DNA of 64,000 nt, taken from Chrysomallon squamiferum. Taxonomy: Eukaryota > Animalia > Mollusca. Below the pieces are notes generated by a model. It was given only the letters and a program-made list of their open reading frames with translations. It searched no databases and was not told the origin of the DNA. Below, piece by piece: positions 29,801-53,062 of this stretch (its first letter is position 1; the number at the start of each line of letters is the position of its first letter). Position numbers and translations under genes: made by a program. The stretch spans positions 23,002,001-23,066,000 of the forward strand of contig CM022665.1 in the NCBI GenBank assembly GCA_012295275.1, written 5' to 3'.

Positions 29801-32800
29801 CAAACAGGCTTCCCATCTCATGGATGACCAGGAACACCTATTTTAAATTTAAAAATTGCAAACCAGAATAAATTAATATAATTTTATATCCTTATTGCCT
29901 GCTTTAAATTATATTACTAAATTAGAATCTTGGTTGTATAGTAATGTTTTGATTTATATATATCAGTTTCTCAATAGTCTGCTCATCTTGGCTTTACTAT
30001 AGATTAATTATTATTGATTAATAAAAAAAAAATTTATAATCATATTCCAGGAAACTGCTAAAATGAAACAGTCTCTTCAAAAAGTGGACAAATGCAACAA
30101 GGTAAGAAATTAGGAATAAAAATGAAAATAAAATAAATATAGTTTTCTTTTTGTTTTAAAGTATAATAATATTATTTATTGCCTAAGTTCACTATTTTTG
30201 GCATTTGGGTGTTTTATTTAATATTCTTTATATTATTATTATTATTATTATTATAAATAATTATCCTGTCATTTATTGTGAAAATAATAACTTTTTTTTT
30301 TTTTAAGATGGAGGATCCCTTGGAGCCGTTTGTTGTATTCAGAAATTACAACAGAAATGGGTATTTTAAATTTATTTTTTTCTTTCAATTTTATATTTTA
30401 GACAAATATTCAGAATCATTTTTTATTTTATTTTCTATTAGTATGGATTAAAATTTAGTACTGAAGTATGATAGGTCACAGGATCAGTCCTTGGCACTCC
30501 TTGCAAGGCATGTTTTATAGTGTGTCATTCCCGTCTGTGTTTTCTGACTATTTTATCAAACTTCAAATTTTATGGAATTTAGATATATGTGTGTTGCTGC
30601 ATGAGAAAACCCAACCAAAGACACAAGCAGCTATTTTGAGCTACATCCCACAGAATGTCAGAATGAGCTAATTTATGGATTTTCTATTTTCTGTCTAAAT
30701 CACTTTATTGCAGGCTTATTTCTATTTCCTCAAAGATATTTTAGTCATATTTGTCTAGTTGTTTTATTGGTATTGATCAACTTTGGTTAAAACAGTAGCT
30801 CAAACTGATCTGCAGTCACCTCACACTTTCATTTACATTGTGTGAGATTTCCCCAAGGATGCATTGACATCTGATGTTAAGGTAGTTAAATGCTACCTGT
30901 AGAAATATTTTTAGACTCCTGTTGAGTTTGCAAATACAGAAGAAAAAATCCCACTTCATTTATCTTGGTTGTAGAATACTCAGGAAAAAACTAAGCAAGA
31001 TAGGCAAATTTTTACAATCAGAAAAAAACCCAACCATTTTGAGAATTTTGCTCATTAGCCTGGTTTTCTTATGCAACAAAACAAAATATCTTTTTACAGG
31101 TCTTAAAATCTGTTGGGGAAAATAATAATTATTATTATTTTGAAGTTGAACATACATTTTTAAAAGTAATCAAAGGAAAAAAATTATTTTATTAATATTC
31201 AAAATCTTAAAATATATTTTCCAGTTTAATATTTATACAAATCTAAATTAAACATACTAGTGCAACATTTTACAATAATTGAGGTAATTGAGGATACATT
31301 ATGAAAATTCTAGGTAATAAATAAAATACAGTGGTCTGGATTTATTACCATTATATATTTATTATTTTTAAAAGCATTTCATTAAAGATGATTATTTACT
31401 GTTTCAGTCTGACGGCAAGTATTGAATGTAAACGTGTGGGTGATTTAGACAAACCAACAATAGACTGGGCTTTTGAATTAACAAAGAGCAATATGCAAAC
31501 ATTGTATGTATTTATTTGCACTTAAACATGTACATTTTTATTTATTTTTCCTACAAAAGAAAATTAAAGATAAACGAAACACTTGGACATTTTTTATAAA
31601 TCACAGAAATAGAAAAAAAAAAAAGCTGCATATATTATAAACATTAACCAAAAAGTAATAGATATATCTTTAGCTTTTCCAGCTGTAAATATTTTGTAAA
31701 TGGTTTATCTTTTTACCCCTAATTTTTAAATTATATTTTCATTTAATTTCTTTTAAGATTACAAGCCTGCTAGAATAACTGTTTCAAGTGTTAAATGCTT
31801 TAAGAAGATAATGCAAACCTACACAACTTTTGCTTAATATATGTTGTTGAGTTCTTTACATTTTTTTTGTGAAAGAGGAACAAATACTAATAATTTTTAA
31901 ACATTTATGATTTAGGTAATATGATTTACTTGCATTTAACATGGGGATAAGAAAGCTACTTCGGTGAACAACACCTATTCAATTTCAGTATATATGTAAA
32001 CTAATTTTAAGTTTTACAAATCTGTTTTACTAATTCAATATATAACATTTTTGATTTTTCAAGATATGAACAGAGTGAATGGGGCTGGAAAGACAGAGAG
32101 AAGAAGGATGAAATGACGGAACATAAAGCTTGGTATCTCATAGTGAGAGACAAAGATGAAAAACCAATTGCCTTTGTGCACTTTCGTTTTGATATGGAAT
32201 TTGATGAAGAAGTCCTGTATTTGTAAGTTTTCATTTCTAATTCATTTTATAAATGTGAGGATAAATACAAGCACATTTTTTTTTTTTTTGCAAGGATGAT
32301 GCTCTGGAAGTATATAGCCCATTCCTGTTTGCTTTGTGAAAACATGTAAAATGCAGATAAGAAATTTCCTAAATACACAGACTGTTTATAGTTTTCATAA
32401 CTGTCATTATCATTTTGTTTCTGTATTATTTAATTCTGGATTAGGTATGAGATACAGCTGATTCCTGATATTCGTAAGAAAGGTCTTGGAAAATTCTTGC
32501 TCCTTATTTTAGAGCTGATGGCAAACAAGTAAGAGGATTTTTTTTTTTTTTTTTTTTTTTTCCCAGTTACCTTTATTATTTATTTTTCAGAACTGAAAAG
32601 AAATTATTCATGAAATGAGTAAAAGAATATACCATTAAAACTGATCTTATTTTAATTTTTTAATAATTTTTTTGCTAAATAAAGCATAACATAATAAGTA
32701 ATGTAAGCATTTTAATATACTTTAAATTTAATAAGTAGCATATTTTATATGTCTTCATTTTATAGGTATGAAATGTTAAAAGTTATGCTCACAACTTTTA

Positions 32801-33429
32801 AACACAACATGGAGGGATATGAATTTTTTAAAGCAATGAAGTAAGTTTTAGACTAGTTAAACATATTTTAGAATAGCTTTTTACCTCTTTGTTAAGACTG
32901 TATTCAAGTCAGTTTTAATGAAAAAAATTAATAATAATAAAAAAATAAAATTTTAATATCAAGACAATTAGTTTGTAAATTTTTAAGTAAATTAATTTAA
33001 ATCAAACAATTTTATTAATTACAACACTGAATTTCAGGTAATTTATATAAAATGTCAAGTCTTTTCATGTGAAGATATCTTGAAACACACAAACAAAATA
33101 AAATAAAAAATTATTTTTCACATTACAATTAATATTTGATTTTGATTTTTGATAAAAAAAAAAAAAAAAAGTTCTATATATATCTCCTTGATTTTTAAAT
33201 TTATTTTTAAGGAACACTGTTGATGTGACAAAGAAAAAAATTATCAATGTCTTCTTTCAGATATGAGATTGATGAAATTTCTCCTGAAGCTAGAGTATTT
33301 GAAGAAGGATATGACTATGTAATAATGAGTAAGCTCACAAAATATGGTAAAGAGCAGAAAGCCAAGGAAGAAGCTGAAAATGCTTTGGAGGAAATTAGTC
33401 TCGGAACAAAACAATCAGTTACCAGTTGA
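26861..33429 (+). CDS. NAA40: N-alpha-acetyltransferase 40 (NatD, histone H4/H2A N-terminal acetyltransferase), 245 aa
   Basis: 9 exons: 26861-26866 (ATGGGC), 28296-28340, 30051-30101, 30308-30360, 31408-31503, 32064-32222, 32445-32528, 32766-32840, 33261-33429 (TGA); 738 nt. Motifs [54 protein letters not shown], acetyl-CoA motif [19 protein letters not shown]. Confidence 0.95.
27144..27988. mobile_element. Non-autonomous DNA element with arrays of subterminal inverted repeats, in NAA40 intron 1
   Basis: The left end carries several (TA)GGACAAAA..CCCC units (27148-27345). The right end carries the inverted GGGG..TTTGTC(C)TA units (27870-27988), ending GCTTATGTCCATATCCC. TSD not established. 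Confidence 0.7.
28442..29670 (-). mobile_element. Decayed pogo/Tigger-family transposon with transposase remnants, in NAA40 intron 2
   Basis: Minus-strand fragments [23 protein letters not shown] (CENP-B-type HTH) and [14 protein letters not shown] (DDE_1 motif). A pogo-like terminus TAGGGAAACTCCTCTAAAAC...TTTGGAGAGGTGTTTAGTTTTCTGAGGTTT starts at 28442. Frameshifted and truncated. Confidence 0.8.
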
Positions 33430-33759
33430 TAAATACGTAATGGCTCACTATAAATGGAAAGGAGATTAATATTGAAACTGTTAGTAAGATTTATAAACAA
33501 AATAAAAAAAACTGTTTTAAAATGTTTGTTTTTCAGTAAGCGTTCATTGTTTTATAACAGTTGACTTAAAATTCATTATAAATTTGAGGTATCATCATGG
33601 CTGTAAAGATGAGGATACATCCGCGTTTGAACATGTCAGAACACTGGTAACAAGCACAGATTGTAATAAAATATGAAACACTTGAATCAAAGTCAGATCA
33701 GATGAACAGTTCATAGAATGGTTATTACTACAGGTTTTACTATTTTGAAAAAAAAAAAA

Positions 33760-33797
<38 letters not shown>

Positions 33798-36429
33798 AAA
33801 GAAATATTTTTTTGTGGTTTTTAAAATGTTTTATAATTAAGAATAGTTTGTGAGGTGGATGTCAGCATTTTGTAAAATGAACATAACCATAATAATTTGT
33901 TTTTATAAAACAAACTGAATGGATGGGTTAAAATTTCTCTAACCCATATCTGTGATTCAGTGAACACTACAGGTTTTATCTGTTTATGATTCTGAAAAAT
34001 GTAATAAAAGAATATGAAACATAATTACAGGATTTTGTTTTTTTGTTTTTCTTTTTTCTTCTTTTTTTTTTTACATTTTAGAACATAAAATCACCATTAT
34101 AATTAAGTAATAGCATTGAATAAGCAATTTGAAGATTACTAATTTAAAAAAAAATATATATGTTTATGAACAAATGATGAGGATATTGTCTGTTCTTCAT
34201 ATACTTAAAGCTTTATTAAATTTCAGTTATCTACTATGGCTAAATATTGGACAAAAGAATTAAAACTGGTATTCAAATGAAAAAAGAAAATTTAAATATT
34301 TTCAGATCACATTTACTTTGTTGTGGCATTACATTTAGTTCAAACTGTCAGGTGATACATCTTCAGTTTTGATTTGATCATTACCTTTAATAACCGAAAT
34401 AACTGACCAGTATTTAAATAATATTCTTGTTTCTTTTGCATTTGACAATGCATTATGAATTGCAACCAGGCTGTTTGTTACAAGGCTGGAAGATTTTATT
34501 CAGTAAAAAGTAATTACCACAGTTCCTTTCAAGTTTTTAAAAATTTATAACAACTTCAATTAAGCTAACTTTAAAGAAAATAAAAGTAATATAAAATAAA
34601 TCCTGTTTCATTTCACTCAGCTAGGTATTATGCTGGTAGAAAAAATGAGATGAAGGGTAGCTTAAGTGTAAATCCTTTATACTTTTTTCTTTGTAAAATC
34701 CCTGTAAAAGAAATGAATGTCTTGGCAAAAACCCCACTTAAAAATACTGGAAGATTTTTATATATATAAAAAAAATCCTTTAAGATGGTAAATCCATTAT
34801 GAACAGGGTTTTTTTCAGAAATATATATATAAATAAAAAATTGTAATATGTAAAATAGTATTTCCAACATCAAAGCAGTAAACAGTAAGGTTTTTCTGTA
34901 ACAGATCCACTTACAAATGCATTCTTTACAGTACATTTGATACATAGATTTTTATTCTTTCAAAAGAAAAACAACAAAACAAAAAGGTTTCATGTTTTGG
35001 TATATTTATTGGTATAGAGAAGGACCACACAAACTAAGTATACTTTTCAGATAACATGTACATGATTTTCAGTTATAGTTCAATTCAATCAGTGAGATGA
35101 CAACAAATGTAACACCTACACCAAACATACATTAAATATACAGATCAAAATAGTTTAAGATGTATAAATTTCCACAAATATATACTTCAGTTTCATTTAA
35201 TTATTTTTTCTGATTGAATAGAAAATAAAATTTTCATTATGAAAATATATTTTACAAAATGTCCTAGAAACACCGAAGGGAGCTGATGGATTATGAAAAA
35301 AATAGCCCAAAAATATAAGTGAAAATTATTTGACAGTTTCAAAGTGTTTTTGGTGTCATTTTATCTTTATTAATATTAAAAGTATATTAATTTTATAAAA
35401 AAGAAAATAAAAGCACATCTATAAATCAAAAATCTAACGAAACTGATGAATATCTGGATTTCATTATTAACCCTGAGAATTATTTACTGATGATGATAAT
35501 TATCAAAAAGAATTATATAAGTCACAATAATCTTAAATTTGAAGTGTTGCACAAATATATTTAATAAAAAACAGATTAATTTAACAGAAACTTCAGTATA
35601 TTATTTAAATTCAACTTTAATAATAAAAATAACATTAAAAAAAAACAGAAATGCCCACCAGTTGTTTTTATTTTTTACCACTTCTTGTGTTTAAAGGCAT
35701 GTATTAAGTATTGCACACAAAAAAAGAGAAAAACAAAACAAAACACCAGATATAAAAAAAAAAAAAAGAAAGGTTAATTGGCAAGAAAATTTCCTCTTTT
35801 ATAAGGTCATAAATTAAGCTTCTGCACTGTAAACAGTATATAGTGTGTTGTATGAGATAAAAAGAAAAAAAAAGAGACCCCCATAATGCAGAAATAAGAA
35901 CTTTATATAGCTGTTTTATGTTAAGGTGGTGCCCATACTAATTGCCCATTCATGGAGAAATTAACAAAAGTGAATACCATTATTTTTCATGATTCAAGCT
36001 TAAACCTCCAAATAAAAAATACACCATAAGTTTGAATTTGTAAAATTCAAAATCATTTTTTAATTTATAAATAATGAAGTTATTCAGATATTCAGACATT
36101 ACAGAACATACACAGAAGACAATGTATATTAAAATTTTAACAAAACTTTACTGATCAACAGTCTTCAACTTATTTCAGCGAAATTTTCTTGCACCAGTAT
36201 GTACAATTATCAATAAAATATGTTAACAAAAATTTCCATAATAGTGGGAAACATGTTCTGAATCTTTGACAGCCAGCTGCTTAATATTTAAAATTTAATA
36301 AATTAGGTATTCAGTGGAAAAAAAAATAAAAAATTGTCAACTTTTCCATTCTGTTTGCAATAATACTGGTGTATACTTCAAATAATCTAAATGCAATTAA
36401 GTCTCAGTATATTAAAATTTCATACAATA

Positions 36430-37724
36430 GTTAAGTAACATGTTTTGATATAAATTAATAAGTTTTACCAAAGTTAATCTCAAAAAAAAAAAAGAAAAAA
36501 AAAGAAAGAAAAATAAATCAAACTAAAATACAGTGGTACCTTGACTTACAAGTTTAATTCATTCCATGACTAAGCTCATATCTCAATTTGCTTGTATAAC
36601 AAATTAATTTTCCAAAATGAAATTAACTGAAATACCATTAATCTGTTCCAGTCCACCCAAAAAACCACCCCATTTTTTAAATAAGAAAAATGTATTTATA
36701 AATGACATATATTGTATGAAAATTAAAATAAAAGAGAATGTAAAGAAATAAATTGGTTTTGTAAACTGTATTTATCTTGTAGCCTTTGGTTGACATTATA
36801 GCCTTTATCAACTTCTGCTTCAGTATGGTACATATAGAGGTTCTATGCTTGTACTGCTTAGCCAAGTCGACTACACACACACCTCGCTTGTATTTTTTTA
36901 CGATTTCATGCTTTAATTCAATGGACATCATCTGCATCTTCTTCTCAGCACTGTCCTTTGCACTCACTCCTTTATCAAAAAAGAAATTTGGCAAAATACT
37001 GAACAAAATGCAAGCAATACACCACCGAGATGCTTCAACTGTGATAAACATGTTAAGTAAATGAATGAGATGTGGGATTATTGGCGGATGTTGTGTTTGT
37101 TGTGCCAACTCAAAGCAAAACATTGACCAGGCAAATGCTTGTAACTTGGAACACTCCCAAGTTGAGGTACCACTGTACTCCTAGAAACACACATTCAAAC
37201 AAAAATAAAACAAAACAGAAAAAAAACAAAATATATATGAACTAATGGCAGTTAAATAAACCATTTCAAAACAATACAGTAAAATAAAGTCCAATCTTTT
37301 AAAAAGAAATAAAAATCCTTGATTATTATGTATATAAAGGGAAGAGCCAACTGTAAACGTTAGAAATGTTAGTTAAATAACGTTTTGATACAAATTAATA
37401 ATTTTTACCAGTCTCAAAAAAAACAACATTTAAAATAAAAAAAAAGCAATTAAGAAAAAGAAATCAAACTAAAATACTCCTAAATACACATATACAAACA
37501 AAAATAAAACCAAACAAAATTCCTACATATATATATAAAGCAAAAATGATTAGAAATATTAAAGAGACAAACAAAATCACTTATAAACTAATGCCAGTTA
37601 AAGAAACCATTTCAAAACAATACAGTAAAATAAAATCACAACAATTTAAAAAGAGATAAAAATTCTCAGTTATTATGTATGTGGAAGGAAGAGCCAACTA
37701 TGTATCATTTTTTTAGAAATGTTA
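36430..37724. repeat. Tandem duplication of a ~300-350 bp unit; the first copy is interrupted by the Tigger element
   Basis: Shared blocks GTTTTGATAYAAATTAATAA, AATCAAACTAAAATA, ACTAATGSCAGTTAAAKAAACCATTTCAAAACAATACAGTAAAATAAA, GGAAGAGCCAACT and TTAGAAATGTTA occur in both 36430-37370 and 37371-37724. Confidence 0.85.
36531..37175 (-). mobile_element. Tigger/pogo internal-deletion derivative with TIRs and TA TSD
   Basis: TA|CAGTGGTACCTTGACTT ... AAGTTGAGGTACCACTG|TA. Retains a transposase N-terminus (MMSIELKHEIVKKYKRGVCVVDLAKQYKHRTSICTILKQK, CENP-B N-terminal HTH-like); no DDE domain. Confidence 0.92.
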
Positions 37725-38843
37725 TCTTTAAAATCCTGCATTCTTAAAAATAGTCATCAGATTCCAAAGAGAAACCTAAATCAGATATTAATAATATGTC
37801 TGGAAATACTGAATTAATCATAATAAAATAATACAATTAGTTCATTTGAGTTCTCTAAAGTCTACACTATTGGCAGCCTTTATCTTCATTTCACTCTTAA
37901 ATTTCTTTTAACTACCTTTTTCTTTCTGTAGCTTGTTCTAATTCTTTGAATATAATTATTTTATTTTTATTTATTTAAAAAAAAAAAAAGAAACAAAGAA
38001 ATTTATTTATATGTATAAAAGAAATGCCCCTTTTCATGATTAAAATATTTAAAATACATTAAAAAGTTTTGGGGTAAAATTAATGTACGTTTGGAAGTAA
38101 AATTTGAACACAAATTTAACCTCGTGGAATTCAGTACCCAGACAGAGAGCATAATTCAGAAATTGAAATGTACAGCCAGAGGTTTTACCTTTAATTATTT
38201 GTTTTGCTAACACCACTAAATAACAAATAGGTAAACACAACACCCACAGACACATAAAAACAAAATATTGATATTTTACTCAGGATGTAAAATTTTAGGC
38301 ATAAAACTCATTGGTAATAAACTTATTTATCGAAACAAGCAAATACCACAACAATTTAATACTGACTGTATCAAAACCAAAAAAATAAAATAAATTATTA
38401 TTATTTATTTGTATATTCCTGTCATCAAAATGTATACATGTATATTTTTGTATAAATGTCTTCATTTTTAATTTCATTAATTGTAAAATGCATGCAAATG
38501 TTGCACAAAATTAAATAATGGTTAACCACTTTTGTGGAAATTACCATTTAACAGTGTCACAGTTGAAAAGCAACATATTTCCTAATAAAGCATTTTGTTT
38601 TCAGAATCATATTTGTAATCTGATTTTTGATTTTTTTAATACAAAAATCTTCAGACTGAAAAATATATCTAAAATTGAAAAAAAAAAAAAAAAAAATCAA
38701 TAAAAGACTTAAGCAGAATTAGAAAACCCCTGTTGCATAGAATTCTGTTATGTTTTTCTGTGTTATAAAATCACTGAGAGTTCCTGGGTGTCAGATCAAA
38801 TCTTTACTTCAGCAGCTATCACCACGTCAAAAGGGAACATTTA

Positions 38844-48344
<9,501 letters not shown>

Positions 48345-48348
48345 CTAC

Positions 48349-48384
48349 TGAGCATGCGCAAATCGAAGTCGATTTGGCGGGAAA
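48349..48384. promoter_or_regulatory. ADSS proximal promoter/5' region with NRF1-like and E2F motifs
   Basis: TGAGCATGCGCA (48349-48360, one mismatch to TGCGCATGCGCA) and TTTGGCGGGAAA (48373-48384), 20-55 bp upstream of the ADSS ATG. Confidence 0.55.
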
Positions 48385-48548
48385 GTAGTGGCAGTGGGTA
48401 TAATAAATATTTTCCGGAATATCTCGGCTGGTTACGGATTTTTTCATTTAATATATCGCCCAATAACACAAATTATGATCTGGAATCAAAATCTCTCCAG
48501 AGAAAATTAATACAATTTAAAATATAAATGTCATATAAGTGGGACGTG

Positions 48549-48587
<39 letters not shown>

Positions 48588-48894
48588 TTATTTATTTGCT
48601 TGAAAAATACTCTAAGGTTTAATCATATCGATTAGCAGCAAAGGGTGGTATCAAATTTGAGGACAAAAAAAAAAAAAAAAAGAAGAAGCTGAAAAATCAC
48701 ATGCCAGGATCTTTCATAAACCAGAAACAGGGCATTATGGACAAAACAGGAAGTAGTGCAAGTCACGCACACATATACACATGCATTAATGATAATAAAT
48801 GAATAAATTTGTTTAAAAGACTTGTGTAATTTTTCTTCCAAATTCGTCGGTTTTTTAAATATTTTATTTTTTATTGATTTATTTATACTTATTA

Positions 48895-48931
<37 letters not shown>

Positions 48932-49578
48932 TTATAAAGCCTATTTATCTTGCTTCTCCACAACCGATTGTCAATAGTAAACGAACACTATGTCTTTCTC
49001 GAACCACAGTTACGTTGCATTTTGATCGTATAAGGTGCCGATTATTTATTCTTGACAACCATTGTCGATCACTGCAAAGTACCTTCTGTCATAAATTAGA
49101 AATATTTAGTATCAAGATTATAGTATTAATTTTATTTGATTATTATTACTTTTTAATATATATATATATATTTTTATCTATACATTTGCTATTTAATGGA
49201 CTTTCTCGACATTAACAGACAGACTTCATTAGCTCTTAGCAGTTCGTTAAAACGGCAAGGAGCAGTAACCATTGCATTTTTAAGATAACGATGAATGAAA
49301 ATATTACGTCATCAAGAGGACAGCACAGGCTTACACAATGAGCTGATTTGTCACCAAAACAAGCCCAGTAAACAGATCCTGTTTGGATGAACACCACTAA
49401 ACACTCGTGAATGTATTTCCTGGGAAATTACATTCATTAAAAACGTTTTTGTTCTACTTTGCAGTTGGAGATCTCTTGTAAACTCGAGAGGTTGGTTTTG
49501 GTTTGATTTTTAACTTTTTAAGTTGACTGTCTAGCAAAATAAGAACTATATATTAACTTTATTTATTTATTTTTCAAA

Positions 49579-49632
<54 letters not shown>

Positions 49633-49724
49633 TTTTTTTTTTTTTTTTAAATCATACATTTAATATTCATTTAATTAACACAAATATATAACTGTTTTAA
49701 TTATCGTTTGCAGGATTATTCAAA

Positions 49725-50134
49725 ATGATAAGAATTCTTTTCATGTTCATAACTTGGGTAAGTCGTTCTCATTAAACGTAGATAAACTGTGATAACAAAA
49801 ACTGAAAGATCAGTCTGATATTTTCAGTGACTATAACAATTAATACTTATTAAGTAATTGTCTATAGATATGCTGTCAACTGCATTTATTTAAAGCTTGG
49901 AATGTATGTAAATGAGCTACTAAATATTCAGGATGGACGAAAACAAATAAGTTTTATTAAAAAAACAAAAAAAAAAACCGACAGTTTAAAGGAAGAAACA
50001 TTCAAGAACTTTTCCTAATCTTTCACTAAAAGCAAATCAGTTGATTTTTAGAAGAACAAAACAGAGAGAAAAAAAGGAATAATAATTAAACAAAATAAAC
50101 AAATATATACATACATACATATATTTTCAGTGAC

Positions 50135-50177
<43 letters not shown>

Positions 50178-50654
50178 CCCAAAACAACATCAACAACAGA
50201 AACAGCTGCATTTTATAAAAGAATAAATACGTCTTTATTTTTTCTGAATCAGATCTTAACTACAGCATTCACATATACATCTGACGATAGCAGACCTACA
50301 AGTAAGTAAACGACACTCAAATGGGTTTTTTAATTAATAATAATGATAATAATAATACTGACAACAATAAAAAAAATATATAACAGCAGCAACAACAGCA
50401 ACAGCAACAACAATAACACTAATACTCCCGTATAGATACAGTTTTAATTACAAGTTTTCAAAACCATTGCACGTTTTTCTATGAAACCAACAGTTAAACT
50501 GTGAAAGATAGAAGTTCGTAAGTGCATCTATTTTTTCTTCTAATTATTAACTCGTGTATGTGCATGTGTACATGAGAAACCATACGTCTATAGGCATATA
50601 ATTACACACCAACAGTTCACGTGCAAGTATAAAAACATACTTACTTTCATGCTT

Positions 50655-50694
<40 letters not shown>

Positions 50695-51445
50695 ATAACT
50701 AAGAAAACATTCTTTATTGATTTCAGTACATGTGTTTTGCGGGGATATGAGTATGGGTGCTTTTGTCGTTGTAAACAGTAATCACACTGTTGCTGCATCA
50801 GCGACGTGTTTGTCTGATTACACAGAACATTTTGTTCAATATGACAACCATGACTACGTCATGTCTATATCGTACAAGGACTCCAGTTCAGCTGGTTGCG
50901 TATTTAACGTAAGTAAGCTTACCTAATTCCTGTTCCAAAAATAATAAACGTTAACTATATAACTCATTTGAATTTACAGTCCTACCAACACATCCAGACG
51001 TTCATTCTTTCGTTCATTATTAATTTAGTATTTAATTTAATTCAGTGTTCTTATTGTTATTGTTATTTTGTTGTTGTTGTTGTTGTTACTATTACTACTT
51101 TTATTATTGTCATTGCCATCAACATCACCATCACCATCACCATCACCATCATCATCATCATCATCATCATTCTCGTCATCATCATCATCATTATTATTAT
51201 ATTGCTTAAATTAGAATTATTTACTTAAATCGCAAGAGAAAGACACTTAAGTATTTTATGTTTAAGCTATATTTTGTTACTGTTTTATTTTTTATTTTTA
51301 TTTTTTTTAAGAAAAAGAAAAGCTCTTTAATATTTATTCAGCGAAGTGATTTAATTCAGGCATGAAAAGTAATTACTGTGTTAAGTCCTAAGAGGATAAA
51401 CCTATTTCCACCATTTTTACACAGCGGCGGTTCCAGAATTTCTTT

Positions 51446-51491
<46 letters not shown>

Positions 51492-51510
51492 AACGACAAC
51501 AACAACAACA

Positions 51511-51570
<60 letters not shown>

Positions 51571-51964
51571 GCAATAATAATAATAAATTCTGAAAAGTTC
51601 CCAAAACTTTTTTTTTTTTTTTTGTGTGGATGTTTCTTAATAATTTTATCTTATTATTATTATTATTATTATTTTTTTTTTAGTTGAAAGATTGAACATA
51701 TAAATAACATTTTTATTTATGGCTCAGAGAATTGGCGACGTCTGTTCTATTGCTATTTATATACAATGGACAACATACAGAACACTGCCTGTTAAAGAGG
51801 TGTATGTCATCAAATGTATTGAAAGTAACAACGTCATTGTTAGGAACGTAAGCCGTCCTTTTATTAGAAGGTGAGTAACGCAATGGATATTACTAAAACC
51901 AAGATATTAATTCTTTTATATGAAATTTTATTAGTTATCACCGTAATGTATTTATAACAATAAC

Positions 51965-52048
<84 letters not shown>

Positions 52049-53017
52049 CTTATTATATTCTTTATATACATGTACATATGCACGCACACACATATAAGCA
52101 TAATTTCTGGCAAGGGTGCATATACATGTATATGCACAGGTATGAGAGAGTACATGATTGTTGTCATAAATGTAAACAAGGAATTCAGTGTAAAAGTTTA
52201 CTGCTGTTGCTACTACTACTACTACTACTTCACATGAGTTATTTTTAAGATGCAAGAAACATTATTTATTATGACAGTTTTCTATATTTAATGAGTATTT
52301 CATTTTTTTTTTTTCTTTTCAATCTTTTTTTTTTTTTTTTTTCGTTCTTTTGCAGCACCGATTTGCCGACCGTAACCAAAATGAACCAAAGACAGTTTTC
52401 TAAACGATTATTTCTAGTGGATGTCAATGACAGGATTATTAAAGGAGCCAAGGTTAGATCTGAAAAAACGGTCAAACTGGTGGCTTTATTTGGCCACGCA
52501 GGTGCAGACACTATAATTTTATTACTTTATTTTACTGTTCTCTTAATTCCATAAACATTGTCTTATGTTCGTTACTTACATATGATATACATAATGTTAC
52601 TTGGATTATCTGAAGGCCTATCTGTATAGATTTCTTATGTGTCTGTCTGTCTGTCTGTCTATCTCTCTATCTATAACTCACGGAAAATAATAAAGTGAAT
52701 CCATTGTTTAAGTGCATAATATCAGAGCGTTATTTTCAATGCAGATTCAAAATCATGATGGTTATTATTAGGAACTGGTTATATAAATTTAATTCCAATT
52801 TATACTTTTAAAAATGAGTCAAAATTGTTTGCAGTAATATTTTGTATGTATTCTTAAAGTTAAAATAATCGTTTTGCAGTAAACCAAGGATCTGAATCTC
52901 ATGATTTCGATTCCATTTTTTCTGGACTGACTGTAGGACATATTTCTCCTGTGTCTTGTGATGCAGTTGGTGCTACCTATGGCAGACGATATGCAATCCT
53001 ACGATCAGGGTAAAAAA

Positions 53018-53062
<45 letters not shown>

